From the human T2T-CHM13v2.0 reference genome, Homo sapiens, in NCBI RefSeq assembly GCF_009914755.1, contig NC_060936.1: DNA of 64,000 bases; one strand, written 5' to 3'. How positions within the stretch are numbered: position 1 is the stretch's first letter; each line of letters begins with the position of its first letter. The translations under genes and the position numbers were made by a program. This document shows, piece by piece, positions 1 through 12,560 of this stretch. The notes below the pieces were generated by a model. The model saw only the letters and a program-made list of their open reading frames with translations, did no database searches and had not been told where the DNA came from.

Positions 1-268
1 GGAGACACTAAATTAATGTGTACTACTGAACCCCTAGATTAGCTAAGCCCTTATGCACTCTGAAATGTTCATAATGTTTTCCACTCTACAAAATGTTATA
101 AAATAAGCACAATCATTGAAACTTCAGAAAACGTAAGTATAAAATAACCATCATGGTATAGCACAGCCAAGAAAGAACTATCCTCTTCACAATATTATAA
201 GTTGTTTTAAAAGAAAAAAATCTATCTATCTAAGTATACATATATAGATTGATATACTATACACACAT

Positions 269-303
<35 letters not shown>

Positions 304-1859
304 GAGAGAGAGATAAAGTTGTATAACTCATGCCTATTCACTTTTATTTATTGGGAATGACATTGATGTCGTTTGCCTTCAGGATACCATTTTTCCTTTC
401 TGTGACCTTTATTTTCTCCCTGCAAAAGGATTTTTTCAACAACTAGGCCACATACCCATTCAATCTTTCATGTTTAGAAACATGCTTTCTTAGAGGGTAT
501 GACAAACTAACTTATTTTAACATGTAAATAATGGATAAGATCTTTATCAGTACTTAGCAGAAGACAGATATTTTATTTTGCTTTGAACAAGAGACAAATC
601 CTTTGAAACCAACTAATCTCTAACTGTAGAATTCTTCCAGGAATCAGTGAACAGTTGAGGGAAGTATTTTGAAGGTAGTAGATCTACTTTTCTGATGTAA
701 GTTGAATTCTATGGGCAAGCACTGTGCAAGGCAGAAGGGTAAAATTACATCACATAAGCACTCACCTGAAATACTTAGGTAAAAGACTGGCCATTAATCC
801 TGTCAATATACTTTCTGGGTTGACTTACATTTCATCTTGCCTTACATTGTAATGTAATAGGTCTAGGGGATAAATACAAGCAGCTGTCTGCAGCCAATAC
901 ATTTTTCCACATAAATACTTATGATAAAAATAAAAAGAAGGAAAAGAACTATAATACATTTTTTAGCCATACTTTAGGAGCAACTTGATGAAAATTAGAT
1001 AACACCGTGAGACATATCTGAGTGAGAAAGAGCTAGAACAGAAAGTTATCTCTCTAACAACTCACTGGTGTTTTAATGGAGTTAAAGTACTTCACCTACA
1101 TGCCTATGTGAAGAACAGCTAAAAAGTGATAACACTGAGTTCTGTATGTTCCACATTAAATTTCATTTTGCTAAACAAAAAGCAAGTAATGACAAAAATG
1201 TATGCATTGACTATTTGTTGATATAAGTTGAATCTGTCTTATTACTTTAGATATACTTTGAATTTATTTTGGATCTCAAGCATGAAGTCATAGGGATGTC
1301 ATCTCTATCAGTGTTTTCTGAAATCTGACATCACAGAAAGGACTAAGATGTTCCAATAATAGAACATCAAGCTTTTGTTGCTGCTTGTAAATTATAATTC
1401 ATAGAAACTTTAGAACACTTTATAAACTTTAATTTCCTGGAAGCTTCCTGAATTAAGTAGAAAAGAACAATGTCCAGAGTCAATACTATTTATCACATGG
1501 ACATAATTTTTCTCAGTAACTAGAAAATATATTGCAACCCAAATACTATACTCATATTTAGAAAAACAAACTCTCCAGTTAGTAGAACATAAATTACTGA
1601 GATATTCTAATAAAGATTTTATTCCTATTTTTAAAGCCAATAAATTGAGATAAATTTTTATGAGTTGTTAAAACTTTTTAATAAAAACACCAGCCCACAC
1701 CTCAAAGCAATTTCATACTTCTGTTATTAGTTTCTATAATAGCTGTATTTATAAAAAGTACCTGCATATGACAAATAATATACAAGCAATCAACTGATAA
1801 TCTGGTGTGTACACAATTCAATTCATCAATAGTTAAATTTAATGAAGAATCTAACTTAC
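1..1859 (-). other. PPFIA2: Start of the PPFIA2 intron downstream of the 54-nt exon
   Basis: Begins with the GTAAGT donor at 1859-1854. The next exon (EFAALTKEL...) is not in the window. Confidence 0.8.
259..312. repeat. Compound microsatellite (CA)n(TA)n(GA)n
   Basis: Directly visible. Confidence 0.95.
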
Positions 1860-1913
1860 CGGTGGATCAGCCCCCTTAGAACCAGCCAGCCCTCCTGTTA
1901 GGGATTCGATATC
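1860..1913 (-). CDS. PPFIA2: PPFIA2 (liprin-alpha2) internal coding exon, 54 nt, phase 0/0, peptide DIESLTGGLAGSKGADPP
   Basis: Minus strand reads cctctccccttttcag|GATATCGAATCC...GATCCACCG|gtaagt, with a canonical polypyrimidine/AG acceptor and GTAAGT donor. Only one frame is open. The peptide matches the recalled liprin-alpha2 N-terminus (...LNSALPQ-DIESLTGGLAGSKGADPP-EFAALTKEL..., about residues 84-101). Too short for the ORF track. Confidence 0.95.
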
Positions 1914-2280
1914 CTGAAAAGGGGAGAGGTGTTGATTGTAAAGTGCTACTCAACAGCATGAAGAATCCCCCAGTCCCACAGTGTAATAATTTATTTAGCT
2001 GCAAAGTTAGGGCATGTCAGCTATTTTATTATTTTTTTGCAATCTTGGACACTGTAGTACTATACAAATAGTCTACATCTAAACATCTAGATATTCTCTC
2101 CAACTCTGGAAGTCTATAAAAAGAAAAACATGTAAACAGATTTTTTTAAATATGCAGAAGTTTCATCTTTGAAGAGCTGAAGTGAGAGCAGAAAAAAGAA
2201 AATTTAAGAAAACTTCAGTTTAACGTACTATTTTGAAAAATATTAAACCCATGGAAAATGTTTAACCTAAAAATATTTAA

Positions 2281-2735
2281 TTTTTTTTTATTTTTTATGA
2301 ATACATAATAGTTGTACATATTTATGACATATGATATTTTGATGTAAGTATTTGATGTGTAATAATCAAATTTAAGTCCATCACCTCAAACATTTATCAT
2401 TTCATTGTTTTGGAAACGTTCCAAATATGCTCTTCTGGCTATCATGAAATATACAGTAAATTATTGTTAACAACAGTCGCCCTATTGTGCTACTGAACAT
2501 TATATCTTATTCATTTTATCTAACTGTAGATAAAAATATTAACCAAATCTTCTTTTTTCACCACCTCCCAACTAGCCTTCCCAGTCTGTGGTAACCACCA
2601 TTCTATTCACTACCTCCATGAGATCATTTTTTTTTATAGCTCTTACATATGAGTAAGAACAGGTGACATTTATCTTTTTGTGCCTGGCTGATTTTACCTA
2701 ATATTCTCCAGGATCATCCATGCTGTTGCAAATTT
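2281..2735 (-). mobile_element. Old LINE-1 3' end (L1MA-type)
   Basis: Poly-T start followed by the typical antisense L1MA 3'UTR (catcacctcaaacatttatcatttc...; ctcttacatatgagtaagaac...). Confidence 0.8.
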
Positions 2736-5309
2736 TAAAAATTATAACTATGGTCTACTCTATTTCTACACATAGAGTATAAAAATATAAAGAGATCGAT
2801 TTTTAACCTTTAATAGGTAACCACAGAAGGTCATGCTTGAGTAATGACTATAGTTGTTAAATTTATAAATGGAGAAATAGGAAATGGTGTGATAAGCTGT
2901 AGAGGCTGTGACCTGTTTATAGGGACAACTACAACTCAGCCCTATCAGTTCTAAGGCTTTGGTTCCAGGGTTACTAATGATTATATGACTTATTCAAAAG
3001 AAGTTGCAATTCTAGGTTTTAAAGTAAAATCACCCAGGTTTTTAGTGTTTGCAACTGATTTAAGTTGTAAACCGTCCCTCATCCCTCCCAAATGAAAAAA
3101 ACACAACTCTCTGCTAAAAGGCTGCTGGAAAGGAGTTTTGGGTTAAATCGAATGGTTACACTTCTTGGCTAAAAATGTTCTTTCTTATGACTCTGATCAC
3201 CTCTTATCTGTTTGCATCTAGTTGGAAAGACAGGGATGAAGAGGGGGGAATATAGTTGCATTAAGAAAGCAAAAAAGAAGGATAATTAAGTCCCAATTGA
3301 AGTAATGGAAATTTAAATGCCTATGATGAGGAAAAAGGCCAATATTTTGATATAATTAAGAGGACTTATGCTACTAATTCACTTAGGACTTAATCAGATG
3401 ATTTTCCCCTTATATTGAAAAAGGGAGGACTCTTAATAATACATTATGGGGCTGGGATGAGCATGTGATGGAAACGTTCAAGGAAGGGGACAGGGAAGGA
3501 TGGTGTTATAACTGTTTCTATCTGAAATGCTAACTGTGAAAAGGAACATAATGGGTAATGAATTTATTCATGCATAGTCTATTAAAGGTCACAAATGACA
3601 AGGAGTACTTACCAAGAAAATTATTAAATGGTCTCCTTTCTAATGGAAATGTATATATATTTTTTCTCTACCCAGAATCCTTTTGAGAAACTACTCCTTC
3701 CCCTCTCCCATTCTAGCTACAAAAGAGGCTAACAAAAATTGCTTCAAATATTGTAGGGACCTGCCAGAGAATTAAGGCAATATAGAATCTGAAAAACATA
3801 ATGGTAGAGTTTAAGTCCTTGATTGTATCATTTGAGGAATGTTTGAAATGAGATGTTCTCTCTGCCTGCAATTCAGCTTAAAATAGATTTCTGGCTCTGA
3901 AAAGTAAAAATATCCTAATTATATCGGCATTTTTTGGGTCTGTTTGTAAAAGGCCCACCCTCTCCATCCTGTTCAAATGCTTTATTCCAACATCATGCCC
4001 AACATAAAAAAAATCAACTCATCTAAATTATCTGATCTTACATGTTCTTTAGCATTCTTATTGTCACTTAAGTAAATTTTGTCTTTGTATAATTAAAACA
4101 AAGCATCAAACACATGTATAAATTGACAAGGAATATTAATATCCTTATCAAATCCAAAGATAAAACATAACTTAAAATTGTCTTAAAATCTCATGGAATG
4201 AACAACATTAGGTAGTAAAATGACTAAAATATTAGATTTACAGAAAATAAAACACACAGCTTGCACTGTTTGATAATATTCTGCTATGACCATACTGAAA
4301 AGTTTCTGTTCATGTAAAATGTTATTTCCAATTATACTTAAAATGAAAAAAAGATACCAAGTGCATTTGGAGTTAATACATGTCTTTCTTTGTAGAAAGG
4401 CATATAAGTTATATTAATGATATAAATTTTAATGAAGCTATCAGAGGGATAATAGAGAAACTGATGTGGATAACAAGTATTTTAGCAATTTAGTCAATGC
4501 ATTTTCTCATATTTTGTAAAGTTTGATCATTAAGATTTCTTATCTAAGTAAGTTGTGCCAAGTTTCAGATTTTTAAAATTTTAAGCTCTTTGTGATTATC
4601 ATGTCTTGAGAAAAAATGAGAAAGAAGAATGTAGAAGATGAATGAAAAGGGCAATAAATTTTGTAGTTTTTAACACATTGAATTCAAAATCAATTACGAA
4701 TTCATGGCTCTAAATAGTATACAGATGTATATTCTTATCTCTAAATGGGTAAGTTGTAAATTGAATGTAAATCATTCAATTGTAAAAAAATGTTTGAGTT
4801 CATGTTCTATTTTGAGTGTAAGTTGAAAAGGAGTGTCCTACTTGGAGAGAGGTCCAAGTTAAACACGGCTTATCAGTTCATGCAAAAGGAATTTTCTCAG
4901 GTGTGCATAATGAACATAAGTGTGCATGGATACATTTATGTTGTAAAATAATAGATAAAACAAATACTTGAGGAACTCTGGACATATGATTACTACATAG
5001 CTTTCAAATGATAACTAAAAGTGAGTCAATATTTTTGATGGTTGTTGAATATTTTATCTGCAAAGTATAAGTAAAATCTTTGGCAAATGTGTCTATTTTC
5101 TTATTTCAATATATTTTATATAGATAACAACAAAAGGGGACATCAAATAGTATAAACATTGACTTCCTAGAAAGTTTTTTGACTTACTATTGTAAAAATA
5201 TTATTTGTTTAATTAAAACACTCAAAACATCATTTTATTTTTAACTAGGCTACAGAATTTATTTAACCATATTGCATACCATATTGAGGTCATCATTTGT
5301 ATCTAATAG

Positions 5310-5510
5310 ATAATAAAATAGCTACTACTCAGTGAACAGTTGCTATGTGCCAGGTACTTTTATAAGTGCTTTGTAGACATTAATGCCATAATAAACTTAT
5401 GTTAGTTAATTATTTTCTCACTTAAAAGGTTAGATAGTTTACATGACTCATACAGTATCATAGAGCTATTAAGAAATGGGTTATAAAACATATACATAGG
5501 ACTCCAAACC
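5310..5510 (-). mobile_element. MIR SINE fragment
   Basis: Motif ctatgtgccaggtact...aagtgcttt followed by a degraded MIR core. Confidence 0.6.
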
Positions 5511-5893
5511 TGTATTTTTTTAATTACCAGTCCTAGTGAACAGTTTCACCCTGGTACCCTGGTGACACTGCACATATCTATGTTGGCGATGCAGGTAAGG
5601 CTAAACCACAGGCTGGTAAATCTTGATGGAATATCCCGTGACTCTCCCAGAACATGACAAAGGAGGCAGTCTTATGAGGAGCTTTTACATAGCTATTTCT
5701 TATTTGCCTCCCTCACACTAGTGAGGCATGGGACTTCCCACACCTCACACCTCCCTACACCAGGTCCATCTTCAGGATATCAAACTACTTAGGTGCAGTA
5801 TGGAATTGGCTCCTACCTAACAATACAGCCCACTTCTCTTGTTGCCTATCATTTGACCCATCCAGTTCAGTGTTGTCCAGTGGAAATTGGGAC

Positions 5894-6066
5894 CAGGGTC
5901 AGAATTAGAGCAGGTAAGTGAGGTGCCTATAGTGCAAAATTTAAGTAGGTGCTGGTTCTTAGGGTCATACAACTGCTGACCTGCACTTGTATAATCTTGA
6001 TAGTGAGCACCTTATTAAATTTTGTGCCCTAAGCACCTCACTTGTCTCATCTGAATCCTGGCCTTT
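5894..6066. mobile_element. MER96 palindromic hAT-derived MITE
   Basis: About 173-bp whole-element palindrome resembling the recalled MER96 consensus. Degenerate 8-bp TSD attgggac / ctagggac. Confidence 0.85.
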
Positions 6067-7136
6067 CTAGGGACCTGAGGAGCTGAAACAATGGTAGCCT
6101 TCTTTATGCTGACTGTGTAAGTAACAAACATAAAACCATTTGGATTCATCGTCTCCTTATCACTCGAATCTGTAGAAGTGTAGCAAGCACCTACGCCATG
6201 TGGTTGCTCAGGGACTGCATGCTGCTTCACACTGGTATCCTCAATCATATGAATTTTTATCATCAATGCTGAATGAAATAAACTAGTATGTATTAATTAT
6301 ATAAGAAACTTCATTTCTTAAACATCATTTCAGATAATGAAAGCTTCATTTTCCTCTCCAAGGTGTGAAAAACCTAAGTGGGGTTATTAGCCAGTCCTTA
6401 ACACAGCTGTGCAGATTCAGTTTTTCAACACTGGAAAGTTCTGTTCCTGGCATGAAAACCCAGTAAACCAAGGATGGCCAGTGAATCAGAAGTCTTAAAG
6501 CTTGGGAAGGTTGAGCTCCAGGAAGAGTGAGGTGATCAGTGTCAGAGCTCTAAGTAGAGTGAGACTTAGGGCATTCTCAGACTTGAGGAGTCTACATTGC
6601 ACTGCATTTGTAATAGTGGTTGTTCGCCTGCACCTTTGCTCCCTGGCCTCCTGCTTCAAGAATTGGCATATTTTTCCCTTGACAAACACTTTGAATGATG
6701 GAGCTATAGGGATTAATAATGTGGCTCTCAGTGTAAGCCATCAAGTTCAGATACTGTAAGTCTTGCTTCCTTTGTGTGCAAGTGAAAAAAAAAAAGGATA
6801 TTAGGATTTCAGGTCTTTCTCAGAGCTGTTGCTGGATTCTTATTTTTATCCCTGAAGAGCAGGATCAGCCAATTATGTTAAAGAAAAATATGATAAAATA
6901 ATTTGGCTATCGAATACAGTAAGAATGAACAAATAAAATTCTAAAGAGTTAGTTGACTCTCGCATCGCATATCCCACAAGACCCAAGAGATCTTCAAACC
7001 TGAGAGTTATATTTAAAGTTAATATCAGGTTTTAAGCTTTCACTTGTTCAAAAAGTCACTTAATGTAATATGAAAATACTTAAAACATTATAATAATTGT
7101 CAATTATGGGCATTTTAAAATTTCAGATTTATGCAT

Positions 7137-7508
7137 TGTTATGGGTTAAATTATGTTCCCTGAAAATTCAGATGTTGAAATCTTAACCCTCAGTACCTAA
7201 GAATGTAACTGTGTTTGAATGTAAGGTCTTTAATGAGGTGATTAAGAAGATTGATCCAATATGACTGGTTGTCCTTATAAGAAGCGGAAGAGATAGCAGG
7301 GATGTGTGCACACTGAGCAAAGGCCATATGAGAACACAAGAAGAAGGCAGCAATTTCTAAGCCATGGAGAGCACCCTCCGAAGAAATAAAATCTGCAAAC
7401 ACCTTCATCTTGGAATTCTAGCCCCAGAACTGTGAGAAAATACATTTATATTGTTTAAGTCACTCAGTCTGTGGTATTTTGTTACAGGAGCCCTAGAAAA
7501 CTAATGCA
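7137..7508 (+). mobile_element. MLT1B-like MaLR solo LTR
   Basis: TG...CA termini (tgttatgggtt...aaactaatgca) and a perfect 5-bp TSD TGCAT. Confidence 0.9.
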
Positions 7509-8789
7509 TGCATATTTGTAATTTGGGACTAGTTTTTAGATTCTTTGGGAAAAGTTAACATATTTCAATATAGAGTACATAAGAGTTCATTAAGCAGTCT
7601 ATAAAAAAAGTCAGTATCAGTGGAATCAATGTGAAATAGTAAAATGACCATTTCTGTCAAATGGTTATATTTAAAATTATTTCAAGTCTTTAAAATATTT
7701 AATGAAGTATTATGTATATGTTAAAACTTGACAAAATTTATTGTATTCAAAATATTGAAATTAAGCATTTCTCTCATCTCCTTTATAGAAAAATTTCTCA
7801 AAATTCCCCTCTCCCACTACTTTCTGTTGACATGCCCTATTGTGCCCACCACATCACTGCAACTCCTCTTATCAAGGTTGCCAATGACATCCTATCGTTC
7901 AAATTTAATTTTTCATGTTCTGTCATCATATTTCTTGATCGCTAAGCTTCAGTCGACACAGCTGACTACTCCATCTTTATTGAAATACTTTTCCCTTTTG
8001 GCTTTCATTTATTTTCACCCGCTACATGATTTTATTTAGTACTGTGGCTCTAAATATAATGCATGCTGATAAATTTTGAATTTCTATCTTCAGCTTCAAC
8101 TTATCCTCTGAGATCCATACTGCTACTTCAATCTCCACTTAGATGTATTATAGCCATGTAAAATGCAATAATGCAAAATTAAACTCTTGATTCCATCACA
8201 ACTCTTCCCTTAAATTAGGTTCCCATCCCAGTGATTGCCATCTTATTAAATGACATCACCATTCACCCAGTTGCTCAGGTCCAAATCCATCAGCAAACCC
8301 CACTAAGTCTATTGTAAAAATACTACTTGAATTTGACTACATCTCATTACCTTCATTCCTGTCATCCTAATCCCTTGTACTATATCAATAATATCTATCA
8401 CATAAACTGAAAAAAATAATATATATATATATAGCTTTCTAACTGTTGTCCATGAATTTGTTATCTCCCTCTCCCCTATATATTCTCCACATAGTAGCCC
8501 AACTATCCATTTAAATTTTAAGTTAGATCACATTGCTGTCTTGACCAAAACCCTAAATGGTTTCCCAGCAATCTTAAAACAAAACACAAACTTATTGCTA
8601 TGCTCTGCCATGCCCTGTATGATTTGGCTCTTGGCTATCTCTCTGACTATATCTTTTGCCGTTCTCCCTCTGTCCTGCCTTCTCAGACACAATGGCGTCC
8701 TTATTATTCCAAAAAATATTCAAAATTTGGCTTGTATCTCAAGGCCTTTGCCCATGCTTTTCCTGCTTCTTAGGGTGCTCATTTCTAGA

Positions 8790-9189
8790 TGTCCTCATCC
8801 ATTTTGTGTTGCTATAAAGGATGACCTGAGGCTCGGTAATAAAAATTAAATAAAGAAAAAAAAGGTTTATTTGGTGCAGAATTCTGAGGCCAGAAAGTTC
8901 AAGATTGGACTTCTGCATCTGAGCAGGGCCTTAGGCTGCCCCCACCTATGGCAGAAGGCCAAGGGGAGCCAGCTGTGTGAAAGAGTGAGGAGGTGCCAGG
9001 CTCTTTGTAACAACCAGCTCTCATGGGAACTAATAAAGAGAGAACCCACTCACCCCCAAGGGAGGGCATTAATCTATTCATGAGGGATCTGTCCCATGAC
9101 CCAAACACCTCATAGTAGGTACCATTTCCAACATTAGGTGTCAAATTTCAACATGAGGTTTGAAGGGGACAAACATTAAAACCATAGCA
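8790..9189 (-). mobile_element. MST-family (MSTB2/MSTC-like) solo LTR
   Basis: Antisense MST LTR ending ...aaaccatagca. TSD ctaga / gtaga. Confidence 0.85.
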
Positions 9190-9271
9190 GTAGATATCCT
9201 CCTATTTAACTCACCCACTTCATTCAGGTCTTAGCATACCAAAATTCTGAATCACCTTCCAAAACTAATTA

Positions 9272-9485
9272 TCTAAATCAGTCAAGGTTCCACCTGAACA
9301 AACTGACAAACTCGGAGACTATACAGAAGAACATTTAATAAAGGTATGATTTATAGAGGTATGGATAGTTTACAGGGTCCAGAGAAATGGTGGTACATGG
9401 GGACTAGCAACAGCTAGACATTGCAACCACCCTTAAACCTAAAGAAGGTGCAAGAACAATGTAGTCAAGAGTCCAGCAAGAGGTG
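9272..9485 (-). mobile_element. ERVL LTR41-like fragment
   Basis: Resembles the LTR41 antisense sequence (agtcaaggttcc...tttaataaagg...ggactagcaacag...accacccttaaacctaaag). Confidence 0.55.
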
Positions 9486-10909
9486 AATACCTATCATCAG
9501 CCTATAGAACAGCTTGCCACACAGTGGAGACTCAATAACTACTTATTGAATAATACAATTATTGAATGAATGATGTGATACTATTTTTACATATATAAAA
9601 AGCTGAATCTCAGAGTACATATGGTGAAGTGTGTCTTATTTTTGTATAACTGTATCACTTTGAAAGCATGGCTGAAAGCAATAATGTTTGCACAATAAAT
9701 CTTTATAAAATGCCTGAGTGAATAAACTAATAAATGACTTGCCCCAAATCACACAGCTGGTGAATGCTTGAAAGAAGCTTTGAAATCCCAAGTGTTATAA
9801 CTCCAAGCCCAGCATATTTTCTGTTCCATCATATATCACTAATGAGACATCCTCCTGAAAGAAAAACTCCTCAACTCTGTATTTTCTCATCTCTTGAGGT
9901 ACTAAGTTTCTATATATTACATGGTTTCTAGTGCATCAGAAGGAAAAATGCAAAATTATTTAATAGTCAATAAACAATACATTAAATTCATCCTCTGGTT
10001 AAATACTGCCAATGCTTCCAATTAAAGGTCTGACACCTTAATCATTGTACAATCAATAAATCAATGCTTGAAAATTTGACCTAACATGTATGTCTGGCAT
10101 TAATAAATGGTTCAAATATGTTAAACTAAAAATCAATAATGTTTATTTTTATGTAACATCTCATAGTGTGTTGGTTCACAGCACTGGGAATAAGTAATAG
10201 AAGATAAAATTTATTTTAAACAAATCATTCACTTTTTCACACAAGGCTTAATGGAAACAACCTTTCATCACCGAATACCAGCTCCTTAAGGCAAGCATCC
10301 AAATAATGAAGCTGAGTTTGTTAATGAGGCATCTTCCTCCTCAACCAGACTTAAGCAGTTAGTGTTTCCTTGACAACATTATAGGGTAAATTTCCTGGGA
10401 GGCATAGAATAAGCAGGAAACATACAGACCAATTTTATAAATTTTTCCTATGTAAGCCAAAAGGTGTCCTTTTTAATTATTCTTTAAAACAAAAAAAGGG
10501 GAAATATCTCTTTCTTTACTTTGAGTATAGGCCAGCCTGAATCTGAATTTTCCTTAAGCCACACAATTAATTCCTTCAAAAAAGAGCAGTTGAGCAAATT
10601 TTGTGGCTGAGGCACTGTACTCTTCATGGGAGGACACAATGAGGAGTAAATCAAGGTCACAGGTTTCATAGTATTCAGAGTCATGACATGCTCTCTGACT
10701 TTAAGGATTTTTCAGTCCAAAAGCACATAAATCTGCAGAACAACATGAGGAAGAATTTTGAGAAATGTGGTGTTAAAATTATAACAGACAGGGGTTGTGG
10801 TGTTAAATTTTATAGTGTGACAATTAGTTTGGGTATTTCATATTGCCAGATTGTACTTTATTTTTGAATGCATATTGGGTAAGTGTCTCCAGGAACTGGT
10901 TGAGTAACA

Positions 10910-11140
10910 TAATAATTAACATTTATTAAGCATTTACTGAAACACACACCATGCTAAGAGCTCTACTGCCGCATTAGGTAACATCGTAACTCTCTTAGCC
11001 ATTATTATTTCCACCATTTCAAGATGATGAAACTGGGTCTTTCAGAGTTTAAATGACTTAACAAAGGTCACACAGCCAATAAGTATTCAAACCAAAGAGG
11101 CTGATTCCAGAGGCAATGATTTTTAACAATGATGCTCTCT
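10910..11140 (-). mobile_element. MIR SINE
   Basis: Motifs aacatttattaagcatttact...gatgatgaaactg...aaggtcacacagc. Confidence 0.8.
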
Positions 11141-11639
11141 TGAATGAATTGAGGTATGAGAAAAGAGTAGGGAGAACTTCTTGGCATGCATATGGTGACT
11201 TGGAAAAAAACATAAATACTTATTCACTATCTGAAGAAGAAATGCAACAAATTGCAGGCAGAATAATTCTGAGGTGGCTGATATCCTCTGATGGGAGGAT
11301 GATTATCCTTGATTGACCTGTAAATGTAAGAGCTGAGAACATCAGATTTAGCCAAAAAGTAAAATTCCCAAAATCTTGGCTATATATTTCTAATTTCAAA
11401 GTCTTCTACCTGAATTCAAACCTAACTAGGAAATATAATGTGTATCAAAGGCACAAGTGTTTCAGTAGTGCATAAGAATAGGGCTTTCTGAAGAAAGTGC
11501 CAGAGATTCAGGTTCTACATTTTCCACTTCATAAATTTTGTGTGTCGCTTTTTCTTGTCCATTCCTTTCCATATGGCTGAGGCGATAAAGGGAATGTTTT
11601 GCTAATTCCTGACTCAGTCTCAATCAATTTCTGTTTTCC

Positions 11640-12560
11640 AACTTTTCCACACTGATGCATCCTTGCTATCTCAAACTCACTATATCCAAATAAGACATCA
11701 TCTTCTTTATCAGCCATTGCCATGGCCAACCGCCAATTTCCTATTCCTGTTGATGTTTTCAATAAGCAGTTAGTTATCCAGTCTAGGTTTATGGATGTTA
11801 ATAGAGTTTTCCCTTACTCTGGTATGCATATTCCAATCCAGTCTAGTTTTCCTTGTAAATATCTGCTTAGTTGATTGCCTTCTTTCATTTACCATTGCAT
11901 TTACCAGCTTAGTTCAAAACCTCATTTTATTTTCCCCTGACCCCTGGCTTTTTCCAAAACAGTGTCTTTGTTGAGTTCCTTTTTCCACTCTCACTTTCAT
12001 ATCATCTTTTCTTCCAACCAGTTCCCAAAGTGTGGCCTGAGGACCACCACCAGCAGCAGCAGCAACATCACCTAGGAACTCATAAGACATGCAATTTCTT
12101 GGGCCCTACCTGAATTCGGCTGCATCTGAAACTGTTTAACACACCCTCCAAGTGAGTCTGATGCAGGCTAAGGTTGGAGAACCACTACCCCAGAGTGATG
12201 TATTTTAAATGCAAATATAGACAGGTTACTTCTGTACTCAAAATACTTAAGTAAGGTCCCCATTCCCAGGAAGGAAAGATAATCAAACCTCTGTACATGT
12301 GGTTTTCCATTGTCATCATACATTTCTGAACTACTTTTTTCACTTCACCTTTTACCACTTTCCAAAAAAGAAACCCTGCACTCTTATCATAATGAATCCT
12401 GCACTTCCTTATTGTGACAAGTGTTTTCTTTTATGTTTCTGCACCACGGATTCTTATGTCTAGAAAGCCACCCCTACCTTGTGGGTGAATGTAATTCATC
12501 CTTTGAAACTCAGTCTAGGCACCATCTCCTCTGGGGAGGCTTTCCTGAGTCCCTCAGACC
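11640..12560 (+). mobile_element. L2 fragment interrupted by MER5A
   Basis: Degraded L2 3' region motifs on both sides of the MER5A. Confidence 0.55.
12016..12187. mobile_element. MER5A hAT-Charlie MITE
   Basis: Motifs ttcccaaagtgtgg...cagcagc...catcacctaggaact...tctgatgca...aaggttggagaaccact. Confidence 0.85.

Larger units (their letters stand above)
7830..9575 (+). mobile_element. L2 LINE remnant interrupted by two LTRs
   Basis: L2 ORF2/3' motifs (tcaaggttgccaatgac, cacccagttgctcagg, caaggcctttgcccatgct) and the L2 tail ttattgaatgaatga at about 9560. Confidence 0.75.

Noticed and set aside
3607-3730. Minus-strand pseudoexon (acceptor at 3718, TTG|GTAAGT donor at 3612, 104 nt)
   Set aside because: Such site pairs are frequent in long introns, and there is no additional supporting feature.
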